Assembly: GCA_964627045.1 (NCBI GenBank)
Contig: CAZVIK010000001.1
Span: 14,902 to 78,901 of the forward strand
Direction: 5' to 3'
DNA: 64,000 bases
From: an uncultured Solibacteraceae bacterium
Lineage (GTDB): Bacteria > Acidobacteriota > Terriglobia > Bryobacterales > Bryobacteraceae
In this document: positions 46,184 to 55,276 of the stretch, one piece after another
How the letters are laid out: each line of letters begins with the position of its first letter
Numbering within the stretch: the stretch's first letter is position 1
Program-made: the position numbers and the translations under genes
Notes under the pieces: model-generated
The model's database searches: none
What the model was told of the DNA's origin: nothing
The model's input: the letters and a program-made list of their open reading frames with translations, nothing else

Positions 46184-46417
46184 ATGACGGAACACAAGGA
46201 ATCAATCTCGATCTGGTATTTCGTGGGACTCCTCCTCACCGTGTACGGAGTCCTGATCATGGGCGCGGGTATCTACGACCTGGTGGCTGGCATTCAGCGC
46301 ACGACCGTTCTGGCCGAGTATCATGCCCCAATCTGGTGGGGAGCGTTCCTGCTGGCGCTCGGCGTAATCTATGTGTACTTCTTCTCGCCGCGCCGCCAAA
46401 AGGGTTCTGGGAATTGA
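46184..46417 (+). CDS. small membrane protein (2 predicted TM helices), hypothetical
   Basis: 77-aa ORF starting 7 nt after the symporter stop, with two hydrophobic helices (WYFVGLLLTVYGVLIMGAGI; WWGAFLLALGVIYVYFF). Confidence 0.55.
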   Translation: MTEHKESISIWYFVGLLLTVYGVLIMGAGIYDLVAGIQRTTVLAEYHAPIWWGAFLLALGVIYVYFFSPRRQKGSGN

Positions 46418-46430
46418 AGGAGAAAAGGAT

Positions 46431-47843
46431 ATGGCACAGAAAATGACGTTTGGACTCATTGTGGGCAACCGGGGCTTCTTCCCCGATCACCTGGCCAAGA
46501 GCGGCCGCGAGGAGATGATCGCCGTCCTGAAGGCCGCCGGGCACGACGTGGTTTGCCCCGACGCCACACAGACGACCTACGGCGCCGTCTGCACCCGGGA
46601 GGAAGCCAAGACCTGCGCGGACCTCTTCCAGGCGAGCCGCGGCAAGATCGACGGCATCATCATCACCTTGCCCAACTTCGGCGAGGAGCGCGGCCTGGTG
46701 GAGGCCATCCGCCTGGCGAACCTCAACGTTCCCGTGCTGGTTCAGGCCACTCCCGACTCCGCGACCAAGATGACCATCGCCGACCGCCGCGACAGCTTCT
46801 GCGGCAAGATGAGCGCCTGCAACAACCTGTCGCAGTACCGCATCCCCTACTCGCTCACGACGCTGCACACCGAATCGCCTTCGTCGGACACCTTCAAAAA
46901 GGATCTCGACTGGTTTGCCGCCGTCTGCCGCGTTGTGGGCGGTTTGCGGAAGCTGCGCGTGGGCGCGCTGGGCGCGCGTCCGGCGGCGTTCAACACCGTC
47001 CGCTACAGCGAGAAGCTGCTCGAGGCTCACGGCATCGCCGTCGAACCCCTGGACCTCTCGGAGGTCTTCGGCCGCATCGGAAAGATGAAGGACGAAGACG
47101 CCGCCGCCCAGGCCAAGCTCGCCGAGATCAAGTCCTACGTCAAATCCGATGACGTGCCCGCTCCCGCCCTCATGAAGATGGCCAAGCTCGGTGCGGTGAT
47201 CGACGCCTGGATGAAGGACAACGACCTCGACGTCAGCGCCGTGCAGTGCTGGACTTCGATGGAGGAGTTCTTCGGCGTGGTCCCCTGCACCATCATGAGC
47301 ATGATGAGCAACAAGCTCATGTCCAGCGCCTGCGAGGTGGACATCCCCGGCGTCGTCGCCATGCACGCGCTCAGGCTCGCCAGTGAAACCCCCAGCGCCC
47401 TGCTCGACTGGAACAACAATTACGGCGAAGACCCCAACAAGGCCGTCTGCTTCCATTGCAGCAACCTCCCGAAGCACTTCTTCGAGGAAGCCAAGATGGA
47501 CTACCAGGAGATCATCGCTGGAACCGTGGGCAAGCTGAACACCTTCGGCACCTGCGTCGGCCGTGTGAAGGCCGGGCCCATGAGCTTCGCCCGCTTCTCC
47601 ACCAGCGACACCACGGGCAAGATCCGCGGCTACCTGGGCGAAGGCCGGTTCACCAAGGACCCGCTCAACACCTTCGGCGGCGCCGGAGTGGTCGAAATCC
47701 AGAACATGCAGACCCTGCTGCGCTACATCTGCGAGAACGGCTTCGAGCACCACGTGGCCGCCAACTTCAGCGCCACGGCGGCGGCCGCTGTCTATGAGGC
47801 CGCCACGAAGTACCTGGGCTGGGACGTCTGCTACCACCGCTAG
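46431..47843 (+). CDS. L-fucose/L-arabinose isomerase family protein (short FucI-like)
   Basis: ATG at 46431 with GAAGGAG SD. 470 aa. The start MTFGLIVGNRGFFPDHLA and the blocks CGKMSACNNL, VQCWTSMEEFFGV and HH(V)A are typical of the ~470-aa FucI-like isomerase family. Confidence 0.8.
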   Translation: MAQKMTFGLIVGNRGFFPDHLAKSGREEMIAVLKAAGHDVVCPDATQTTYGAVCTREEAKTCADLFQASRGKIDGIIITLPNFGEERGLVEAIRLANLNVPVLVQATPDSATKMTIADRRDSFCGKMSACNNLSQYRIPYSLTTLHTESPSSDTFKKDLDWFAAVCRVVGGLRKLRVGALGARPAAFNTVRYSEKLLEAHGIAVEPLDLSEVFGRIGKMKDEDAAAQAKLAEIKSYVKSDDVPAPALMKMAKLGAVIDAWMKDNDLDVSAVQCWTSMEEFFGVVPCTIMSMMSNKLMSSACEVDIPGVVAMHALRLASETPSALLDWNNNYGEDPNKAVCFHCSNLPKHFFEEAKMDYQEIIAGTVGKLNTFGTCVGRVKAGPMSFARFSTSDTTGKIRGYLGEGRFTKDPLNTFGGAGVVEIQNMQTLLRYICENGFEHHVAANFSATAAAAVYEAATKYLGWDVCYHR

Positions 47844-47851
47844 AGGTTCGC

Positions 47852-49420
47852 ATGGCCATCGTCGCCGGAGTGGATTTTGGGACGCTGAGCGTCCGCGTGT
47901 CCATTGTCGACAGTCAAGACGGCCGCATCGGTTCCGGTGTGGCGGAGTATCCGCTGCACCGGAAACGGGAAGACCCCGATCACGCCACCCAGAGCCACGC
48001 CGATCACATGCGCGCGCTGGCCGAGGCGGCCCGTAAGGCCGTGGCGGACGCGCGCGTGCCCGGCAGCCGTGTCGAGGCGCTGGCGCTGGATACCACCGGC
48101 TCCAGCGTTATCCCCGTGGCCGCCAACCTGGAGCCGCTCGACGACTATTACCTCTGGTGCGACCACCGCGCCTGGCGCGAAGCCGCTCTGATCACCCGAA
48201 CGGCGCACGAGAGCGGGCTTCCCGCCATCGACTGGTGCGGAGGCGTCTACTCTTCCGAGTGGGGCTTCTCCAAGCTGCTCCACTGGCTCCGGAACAACCC
48301 GGAGAAGCGCGCGCGCCTGGCCGGCGCTTTTGAGCACTGCGACATGGTGGCGGCGGTGCTCTGCGGCATAACCGATGTGGCCCAGGCGCCACGTTCGGTC
48401 TGCGCCATGGGCCATAAGTGGATGTGGAACGCCGCGCTCGGCGGTCTTCCGCCCGAGTCCTTCCTCGCCTCGGTGGACCCGCTGTTTGCGGGGATTCACA
48501 GCAAGCTCGGCGGCCGCTACGCCACCAGCGACCAACTCGCCGGCCGCCTTTCGCCGGAATGGGCCGGGCGGCTCGGATTCCGCGCCGGCATCCCCATCCC
48601 GGTGGGCGCTTTTGACGCGCACTGGGACGCCATCGGCGCGGGCGTGCAGGAGGGCGACGTCGTCAACGTGGTCGGCACCTCCACTTGCATCATGGCGATC
48701 GCGCGCGAGACCCGGCTCGTTCCCGGCGTCTGCGGCGTCGTGCAGGGATCGATTCACCCCGCGATGGCCGGCATCGAAGCCGGCCTTTCGGCCACCGGCG
48801 ACATCTTCGAAGCCATCGCACGGCGCGCCGGAAGCACGGTCGTCGAACTGTCGAAGGGGCTGGAGGACTACCGCGCCGGCGGGACCGGCCTTCTGCGCCT
48901 CACCTGGGACAACGGCGACCGCACGGTTCTGGTGAACCCGGAGCTGGGCGGCGTGACGCTAGGCTGGAAGCTGACCCACACGGCGCAGGACGAGTTGTTC
49001 GCCGCCATCGAAGGCACCGCCTTCCACACGCGCGTCATTTTGGAGCGCATGGAGAAATATGGCGTGCCCATCCGCCGCGTCATCAACGGCGGCGGCGTTC
49101 CGCAGAAGAACGAGACGCTCAACCGCGTCTACGCCAACGTGTTCAACAAGCCCGTCCTGGTGCCGGAAAGCGACGTGACCAGTCTCGGCTCGGCCATTTT
49201 TGCGTTTTTGGCCGCCGGCGTTTTCAAGACCATCGAGGAGGCGCAGGCCGCGCTTTGTCCCCGTCACCGCATCGTCCAACCGGACCCTGCCGCGGCGGCG
49301 GTGTATCAGAGGCTTTTTGGCGCGTACCGCAGGCTCTATTTCGGACTCGGGCAGCCCGGCGCGGCGCCCCTCGCGGCGGGTGACGTGCTCCCGCTGCTGC
49401 GCGAGATCGCCGCGAATTGA
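47852..49420 (+). CDS. araB: FGGY-family carbohydrate kinase, ribulokinase-like
   Basis: 522 aa. The N-terminal GVDFGTLSVRVSIVD, DTTGSSVIPV and C-terminal NGGGVPQKN blocks match ribulokinase-type FGGY kinases. Lies directly downstream of the isomerase. Confidence 0.8.
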   Translation: MAIVAGVDFGTLSVRVSIVDSQDGRIGSGVAEYPLHRKREDPDHATQSHADHMRALAEAARKAVADARVPGSRVEALALDTTGSSVIPVAANLEPLDDYYLWCDHRAWREAALITRTAHESGLPAIDWCGGVYSSEWGFSKLLHWLRNNPEKRARLAGAFEHCDMVAAVLCGITDVAQAPRSVCAMGHKWMWNAALGGLPPESFLASVDPLFAGIHSKLGGRYATSDQLAGRLSPEWAGRLGFRAGIPIPVGAFDAHWDAIGAGVQEGDVVNVVGTSTCIMAIARETRLVPGVCGVVQGSIHPAMAGIEAGLSATGDIFEAIARRAGSTVVELSKGLEDYRAGGTGLLRLTWDNGDRTVLVNPELGGVTLGWKLTHTAQDELFAAIEGTAFHTRVILERMEKYGVPIRRVINGGGVPQKNETLNRVYANVFNKPVLVPESDVTSLGSAIFAFLAAGVFKTIEEAQAALCPRHRIVQPDPAAAAVYQRLFGAYRRLYFGLGQPGAAPLAAGDVLPLLREIAAN

Positions 49421-49427
49421 GGATTAA

Positions 49428-49456
49428 GGCCGCGCGAGCGGGGTGCCCGCGCGGCC
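49428..49456. terminator. GC-rich hairpin between convergent genes (possible bidirectional terminator)
   Basis: GGCCGCGCG-N11-CGCGCGGCC (9-bp stem) lies between the kinase stop (49420) and the esterase stop (49467). No U-tract. Confidence 0.35.
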
Positions 49457-49466
49457 CGGTCAGCCG

Positions 49467-51071
49467 CTACTTCGGAAGCAGTTCGTCCAGCAACAGGTAG
49501 CGCGCGCGGTCCGTCTCCGGCTCCGCCTTGGACTCCACATCGATGCGCATCCGCTGGTATCCGGTCTTGCTGTCGTAGGTGGGCCAGTTCGGCAGCCCCG
49601 GGCCGTTGGGATTCCCCGTCTTGATGAAATTCACGAAGTACCCCTGCATCGTCTCGGACACCTAGCGATCGGCCGGCTCCCACTTGTACCGCTGGTCCAG
49701 ATCCAGGTTCCCCATGGCGTACTGGATCTCGGCCGAATGCGCCGCGCCGCGCGGAGCCGCCGGAGGTCCGCCGCGTCCCGGCGCCGCGCTGGGCGGCGGC
49801 TGGCCCGGCATCCCCAGGTATGGCGGCCGGATGCGCGTGTAGAAATAGCGGTAGACCGGCTGGCCCCCCGTCTGCATGTGGAGTTCGGTCCACTTCCACG
49901 TGCTGTGGGAAATGAACCGTGCGCTCGCCAGGTCGGTCGCGGCTTGCAGAACCTCCTCCGGCGTCGTGGCCGCGTAGACCTTCAGCACGTCGGCCGCGCG
50001 GCCGCCGAAGAGCTTCTTCAAGGCTTCGGCGAAATTCTCCGGCGTCGGTTCGCTCGTTCCGAGGACGCTGCGCGCGCCCTGCTCCTCCGAGTTCGTCCCG
50101 GCCAGCAGCGGCACCTTCGCCTGCTCCTTGGCTAGGAAGATCTCGGTCAACCGCTTCGGCAGGAAGTACCCGTCCAGCGTCGTGCTGAAGCGCACCCCCT
50201 GCGCCTTGGTCGTGGCCTCCTGGATCTGCTCGGCGCTCATCGCGCGCAACGCGGCCAGGTTGGCGGCGCCCGCCGCGGCGGCGAACTTCACGCCGTCCTG
50301 CTCGGCGTCGGCCAATTCGCGCGGCGGCATCGTCGTGATCATGGCCCCGCTCTCTCCGATCGCTCCGGCGATCAGGTTCCGGCTCAACGGCGACGCCATC
50401 TGCGCGCTCACCGAAATCGACCCGGCCGATTCTCCGGCGATCGTGACCTTCTTCGGATCCCCGCCAAACGCCGCGATGTTCTCGCTCACCCACTTGAGCG
50501 CGGCCGCCTGGTCCAGCAGCCCGTAGTTGCCGGACGCCTTGTGCGGCGACTCCTTGGTCAGCTCCGGATGCGCCATGAAGCCGAAAATGTTGGTCCGGTA
50601 ATTGATCGACACGGCCACGATTCCTTTGCCGGCCATGCTGGCGCCGTCGTAGCGCGGCTCGGAGCCGTCGCCGTTCTGGAACCCGCCGCCGAAGATGTAC
50701 ACCAGGACGGGCAATCGCTCATTACCGCTTTTGGCCGGCGTCCAGACGTTCAGATACAGGCAGTCTTCGCTCATGCCGTTGCTCCGGAACCAGTAGTCGG
50801 CTCCGGGGCCCGTGCGCTGCATACACCGCGGCCCGAAGTTGTCGGCGTTGCGCACGCCGGTCCAGTTCTTCAGCGGCTGCGGCTCGCGCCAGCGCCACTC
50901 GCCCACCGGCGGCTGCGCGAACGGGATTCCCTTGAAGCTGCGGACTCCGTTGACCGGCGCGGCGGTGGACTCAACCACGCCGTGGGCGGTCTTGACTTGA
51001 TCGGCGGCTCCCAGCACCGTGGCCGAAAACAACGCCGTGGTTACAACGAACGCGAATCGAATGGATTTCAT
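49467..51071 (-). pseudogene. type B carboxylesterase interrupted by an in-frame TAG (codon at 49662-49664)
   Basis: The 469-aa ORF (49662-51071) has a signal peptide, [25 protein letters not shown] and the His region AHSAEIQYAMG. The 64-aa ORF (49467-49661) is contiguous and in the same frame. Joined, they read ...KWEPADR*VSETMQGYFVNFIKTGNPNGPGLPNWP, collinear with the paralog at 25646-27163 (...[33 protein letters not shown]). Confidence 0.8.
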
Positions 51072-51196
51072 GACTCTCCTGACAGGCTAAGAACCATTCT
51101 GTTTGGAATCGCGTTCCCGGTCAAGGCGCCCCGTCCCGGCGGCGCGTGCGGCGGGGTAGAATGACCCTACGCAGTCCGATAGAGGAGGGATTCCCA

Positions 51197-51763
51197 GTGA
51201 GACGAACCGTTCTGTTGATGGCCGTGGCGGCCGCCACCGCGTTGGCGCTTTCCGCACAACCGGCGGCCCCGGCCAACCCTTTGACCACCGAACTCAGGCA
51301 GGCTTTCGACCGCGTAACCAACAACCTCCTGCGCATGGCCGAGAAGATGCCCGAAGAGAACTACAGCTTCAAGCCCGTGCCCGAGATCCGCGACTTCGGC
51401 GCTACCATGGCCCACACCATCGACTACCAGATGCGCACCTGCTCCACGGTCAACGGCGAAGCGAAGTCGGTGGACGCCGCCTCCAAAAAGACCAAGGCCG
51501 AAATCGTCGAGGCGATGAAGACCGCGATGGCGGAATGCGCCAAGGCGTTCGATTCCCTCACCGACGCCACCATCGTCCAGATGATGAGCGGCGGACGCGG
51601 CCCGCAGCGGTCCAAACTGGGCGCCCTCAACAGCGTCGTGGGCCACAACAACGAAGAGTACGGCTACCTGGCCGTCTACCTGCGGCTGAAGGGTATCGTT
51701 CCTCCCTCCAGCGAAGGCGGCGGCGCGGCGCCGGGCGCTCCGGCACGCCGCGGCGGCATGTAG
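51197..51763 (+). CDS. DinB family protein, secreted
   Basis: The GTG at 51197 lies 7 nt after GAGGAGGG and is followed by a signal peptide. The four-helix DinB pattern is present with His ligand regions (FGATMAHTIDYQ, VVGHNNEEYGYL). Confidence 0.8.
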   Translation: MRRTVLLMAVAAATALALSAQPAAPANPLTTELRQAFDRVTNNLLRMAEKMPEENYSFKPVPEIRDFGATMAHTIDYQMRTCSTVNGEAKSVDAASKKTKAEIVEAMKTAMAECAKAFDSLTDATIVQMMSGGRGPQRSKLGALNSVVGHNNEEYGYLAVYLRLKGIVPPSSEGGGAAPGAPARRGGM

Positions 51764-51818
51764 TTGTAGTGCGGCGGAAATGATGGCGGTTATGTCCGGC
51801 TCGAAGCAGGCCGTTTTC

Positions 51819-51897
51819 GTAGGGGCTTGGCGGTGCCAAGCCCAAAGCAGAACGCACTAGCCATTTCCGCGAGGGCTTGCCGGCGGCAAGCCCCTAC
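51819..51897. repeat. REP-like composite element: two near-identical GC hairpins enclosed by GTAGGGG...CCCCTAC
   Basis: Hairpin 1 is GGGCTTGGC-GGT-GCCAAGCCC (51823-51843). Hairpin 2 is GGGCTTGCC-GGC-GGCAAGCCC (51873-51893). The outer arms GTAGGGG/CCCCTAC are complementary. It lies between the convergent DinB and ftsK genes. Confidence 0.5.
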
Positions 51898-52022
51898 GCC
51901 GGCGATGTATCTTTGCTGTGATTGTGGGCGTTACCAGGGGCGATTGGGAATCGCGCAAGCGCCTCGGATAATGGGCATTCCGTGTGGCGCACTACAGTAG
52001 CGGCATGCGCCGGCCGGCGGCT

Positions 52023-54377
52023 TTACCTTAGCTGCGTCTCGACTTCCTCCAGCCAGTCGGGCGCTTTCAGAACCTCCCGCGGCTTGCTCCCGTCGGGCGG
52101 CCCGATGATGCCGTCCCGCTGCATCATATCCAGGATGCGCGCCGCGCGCCCGTAGCCCAGCCGCAGCCGCCGTTGCAGCGTGCTGGTAGATGCCTTGCCC
52201 ATATCCAGCACCACGCGCACAGCTTCCTGGTACAGCGGGTCCTGTTCGCCGTCGAACTCCTCCAGGTTGGCTTCGTCGTCGTCGCTCGGCGGCGCCACCA
52301 GGTAGGTCGCGTCGTACTCGGGAGCGGCCTGTTCCTTCCAGCAATCCACCACGCGGTTGATCTCCGCCTCGGTCACCAGCGCGCCGTGCACACGCACTAG
52401 CCGGGAAGAGCCCGGCGGCAAGCACAGCATGTCGCCCTTGCCGAGCAGGTGCTCGGCGCCCATCACGTCCAGAATCGTCCGGGAATCCACGCGCGTCGCC
52501 ACGCGAAAGCTGATCCGCGACGGGAAGTTCGCCTTAATCAGGCCCGTCACCACGTCCACGCTCGGCCGCTGCGTGGCCAGCACCAGGTGGATGCCCACCG
52601 CCCGCGCCATCTGCGCCAGCCGCGTGACGGACTCTTCGACGTTGGCCCGCTCCAGCATCATCAGGTCCGCCAGTTCGTCGATGAAGATCACGATGTAGGG
52701 CAGCGGCTCCAGCGCCTCGGCCTCCGCCTCTTCCTCGAACAGGTTTCGCGGTTCGTACTGGTTCTGGCGCACCTTCCGGTTGAACTGCTCGATGTTGCGC
52801 ACGCCCTGGCTGGCCAGCAGCCGCAGCCGACGGTCCATCTCCAGCACCGCGTTGCGCAGCGCGTTGGTGGCCTTCTTCGGATCGGTGATCACCGGGGTCA
52901 GCAGGTGCGGGATGCCCTCGTACAGCCCCAGTTCCAGCCTCTTTGGGTCCACCAGGATCATGCGTACCTGTTCTGGCGTCGAGTGGAACAGGATCGACAT
53001 GATCATCGAGTTTAGCAGCACGCTCTTGCCCGACCCGGTCGATCCCGCAATCAGCAGGTGCGGCATCGATTCCAGCGCGGCCACCTTGATCCGCCCGTTG
53101 ATGTCCTTGCCGAGCGGAATCGGCAGCTTGGCCGTCGAATTGTGCAACTCGTCGGATTCCAGGATCTGCCGCAGCCCGATCACCTCGCGCCGGCTGTTGG
53201 GCACTTCGATGCCCACCGTCGGCTTGCCCGGAATCCGTTCGATCAGGATCGACTCGGCTTGCAGCCCCAGGCACAGGTCCTCGGTCAGCGTCGTGATGCG
53301 GCTGTACTTGATCCCCGCTTCCGGCTTGAACTCGAACGTCGTCACCACGGGCCCGGGGTTGATCTGCACCACCGTGCCGAGGACGTTGAACTCCTCGAAT
53401 TTCGACTTGATGCGCGCGGCCGTGTCTTTCAACTCCTGCTCGTCGTAGGGGCTGCGGCCCGCAGGCTCGTTCAGCAGATCGGTCGATGGCAGCTGGTACT
53501 CGTGCCGCTTGCGCTCCGCTTGCCCGGCGGCGGCCTCAACCGGCGCCACGGGTTCGGGCGGCGCCGGCGCTTCCGACCCCGGTTCGTTCAACGCCGCGCC
53601 GGTCCGCCGCCAGGGCGGCAGGTCTTCCAGCGTGTGAATGGGGATGTCGGCTGGCGGCTCGGGTTCGGCGGCGGCCGGTTCGGCCGCTTCCAACGCGGGC
53701 CCGATCACCGCAGCGGGGCTTTCCATCGCCACGGGGGCCTTCCGCGCCGGAGCCTCCACAATCGCCGGCTTCGCCTTCCGGGCGGCCTTCGCCTTGCGGC
53801 TCTGTTGCCGCGCCTCGCGCCACGCCTCGATCGCCGCCCGAGGCTTCTCCATCCATCCGCGGGACTTGGCGAAACTGAACGACGAGAACAGGTAGACCGA
53901 AATCACCAGTGCCGTCGCGGCCACGATCACCGAGCCCGCCACGTTCAGCAGGCCCACCAGCCACCCGGCCAGCAGCACGCCGGCCAGACCTCCCGCCGGA
54001 ATCGCCCCGCCGAACACCCTCCAATCGGGCACGAGGGACACCAGCGCTGCCAGGCTCAACGTGAACAGTGCCGCGCCCGCCACTCGCGCCGCCGGCGCTT
54101 CCAGAGGGCTCGAACGCACCCACTTCCATGCCAGCAGCAACAGAAGCACCGGGAAGGAGAAGGCCGCCAGGCCGAACGCCTGTAGCGCCAGGTCGGCCGT
54201 CAGCGCGCCCGCCGGTCCGATCAGATTGCGTGCCGCCGTTCCACCCGCCGTGTTCCAGGATGGGTCCGGATGCTGGTAGGTCAGCAGACACAGCCACAGC
54301 AGGAGGGAGAGGGCGAGCAACACCACTCCCACCGCTTCGTTCAGCCTCGCATGGGACGTCGGTGATAGAAAACGCAT
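52023..54377 (-). CDS. ftsK: DNA translocase FtsK
   Basis: 784 aa with N-terminal TM helices, a P/A/E-rich linker, the motor domain with Walker A GSTGSGKSV and Walker B IVIFIDELADL, and a C-terminal gamma winged helix (ASTSTLQRRLRLGYGRAARILD). Confidence 0.92.
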   Translation of the reverse strand: MRFLSPTSHARLNEAVGVVLLALSLLLWLCLLTYQHPDPSWNTAGGTAARNLIGPAGALTADLALQAFGLAAFSFPVLLLLLAWKWVRSSPLEAPAARVAGAALFTLSLAALVSLVPDWRVFGGAIPAGGLAGVLLAGWLVGLLNVAGSVIVAATALVISVYLFSSFSFAKSRGWMEKPRAAIEAWREARQQSRKAKAARKAKPAIVEAPARKAPVAMESPAAVIGPALEAAEPAAAEPEPPADIPIHTLEDLPPWRRTGAALNEPGSEAPAPPEPVAPVEAAAGQAERKRHEYQLPSTDLLNEPAGRSPYDEQELKDTAARIKSKFEEFNVLGTVVQINPGPVVTTFEFKPEAGIKYSRITTLTEDLCLGLQAESILIERIPGKPTVGIEVPNSRREVIGLRQILESDELHNSTAKLPIPLGKDINGRIKVAALESMPHLLIAGSTGSGKSVLLNSMIMSILFHSTPEQVRMILVDPKRLELGLYEGIPHLLTPVITDPKKATNALRNAVLEMDRRLRLLASQGVRNIEQFNRKVRQNQYEPRNLFEEEAEAEALEPLPYIVIFIDELADLMMLERANVEESVTRLAQMARAVGIHLVLATQRPSVDVVTGLIKANFPSRISFRVATRVDSRTILDVMGAEHLLGKGDMLCLPPGSSRLVRVHGALVTEAEINRVVDCWKEQAAPEYDATYLVAPPSDDDEANLEEFDGEQDPLYQEAVRVVLDMGKASTSTLQRRLRLGYGRAARILDMMQRDGIIGPPDGSKPREVLKAPDWLEEVETQLR

Positions 54378-54382
54378 TCCGC

Positions 54383-55207
54383 CTAGAGGCGGAAGATTGT
54401 GGCCAGAGCTATCACTATTATGCCAAAAATGATCCGGTAGTAAACAAAGAATTTAAGGGTATGGCTTCGCAGGTAGCGCAGGAGCCCGGCAATCACCCCG
54501 CATCCGGCCAGGGCGCTCAGCAGAATCCCCAGGATGAAGGAGAGCCGCATTTCCGGCGGAACGCCCCCTTTTTCGATTAGGTCCCAGGTGGCTTTCGCCG
54601 CCGCCGCGCCAATGGCCGGCGTCGAAATCAGGAAGGAAAACCGCGCCGCACTCTCCCGGTCGAAATTGCGGAAAAGCCCCGCCGTAATGGTGATACCGCT
54701 ACGGGAAGTCCCCGGAACCACCGCCAGCGCCTGCGCTACGCCCACCACCATCGCGTCCAGGAACCCGACCTTCTCCATTCCCCGCGTGCGCCGCCCCACC
54801 CGTTCGGCCACGAGCATCAGCAGGCCGACGCCCACCAGCATCCCGCCGATCAGCACCCGGTTATGCCGCCACACGTCCTCGGCGTAGCCTTCCAGCAGCA
54901 ATCCGGCCACGCCCACCGGAACTGTGGCCGCAGCGATCAGCCACAGCAGCCGCGGCGTCTTCCGCAACCCTTCGTCGTTCCCCCACTGCCGGCCAAAGCC
55001 CTGCGCCAGAATCTGCACCCAGTCCCGCCAGAAGTAGATGACGACGGCCGCCAGCGTGCCAAGGTGGAGCGCGATATCGAACACCAGTGTCTGGTCCTGC
55101 CACCCGAGCAGCCACGGCGCTAGCGCCAGGTGCGCGGAACTGCTGATGGGCAGAAATTCGGTGACTCCCTGGACCACGGCAAGAACAACCACTTGGAGGA
55201 TCGGCAT
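54383..55207 (-). CDS. uppP: undecaprenyl-diphosphate phosphatase
   Basis: 274 aa and polytopic. Carries BacA/UppP signatures ([24 protein letters not shown]). Confidence 0.92.
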   Translation of the reverse strand: MPILQVVVLAVVQGVTEFLPISSSAHLALAPWLLGWQDQTLVFDIALHLGTLAAVVIYFWRDWVQILAQGFGRQWGNDEGLRKTPRLLWLIAAATVPVGVAGLLLEGYAEDVWRHNRVLIGGMLVGVGLLMLVAERVGRRTRGMEKVGFLDAMVVGVAQALAVVPGTSRSGITITAGLFRNFDRESAARFSFLISTPAIGAAAAKATWDLIEKGGVPPEMRLSFILGILLSALAGCGVIAGLLRYLRSHTLKFFVYYRIIFGIIVIALATIFRL

Positions 55208-55276
55208 AGAGGGGACAGTGATTCAATGGTAACCCACCCGCGAACGCATCCGCCCCGGTGGTACGCTTGTTTTCTT

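Noticed and set aside
44303-46195. 630-aa minus-strand ORF
   Set aside because: It is antisense to the sodium:solute symporter. Its composition is dominated by R/H/G/D/A, while the plus-strand frame gives coherent TM helices and SSS motifs.
49336-50493. 385-aa same-strand alternative-frame ORF overlapping the interrupted carboxylesterase
   Set aside because: It is R/G/A/E/D-rich low-complexity translation. The esterase frame carries every family motif, so a frameshift explanation is not needed; the interruption is a simple in-frame TAG.
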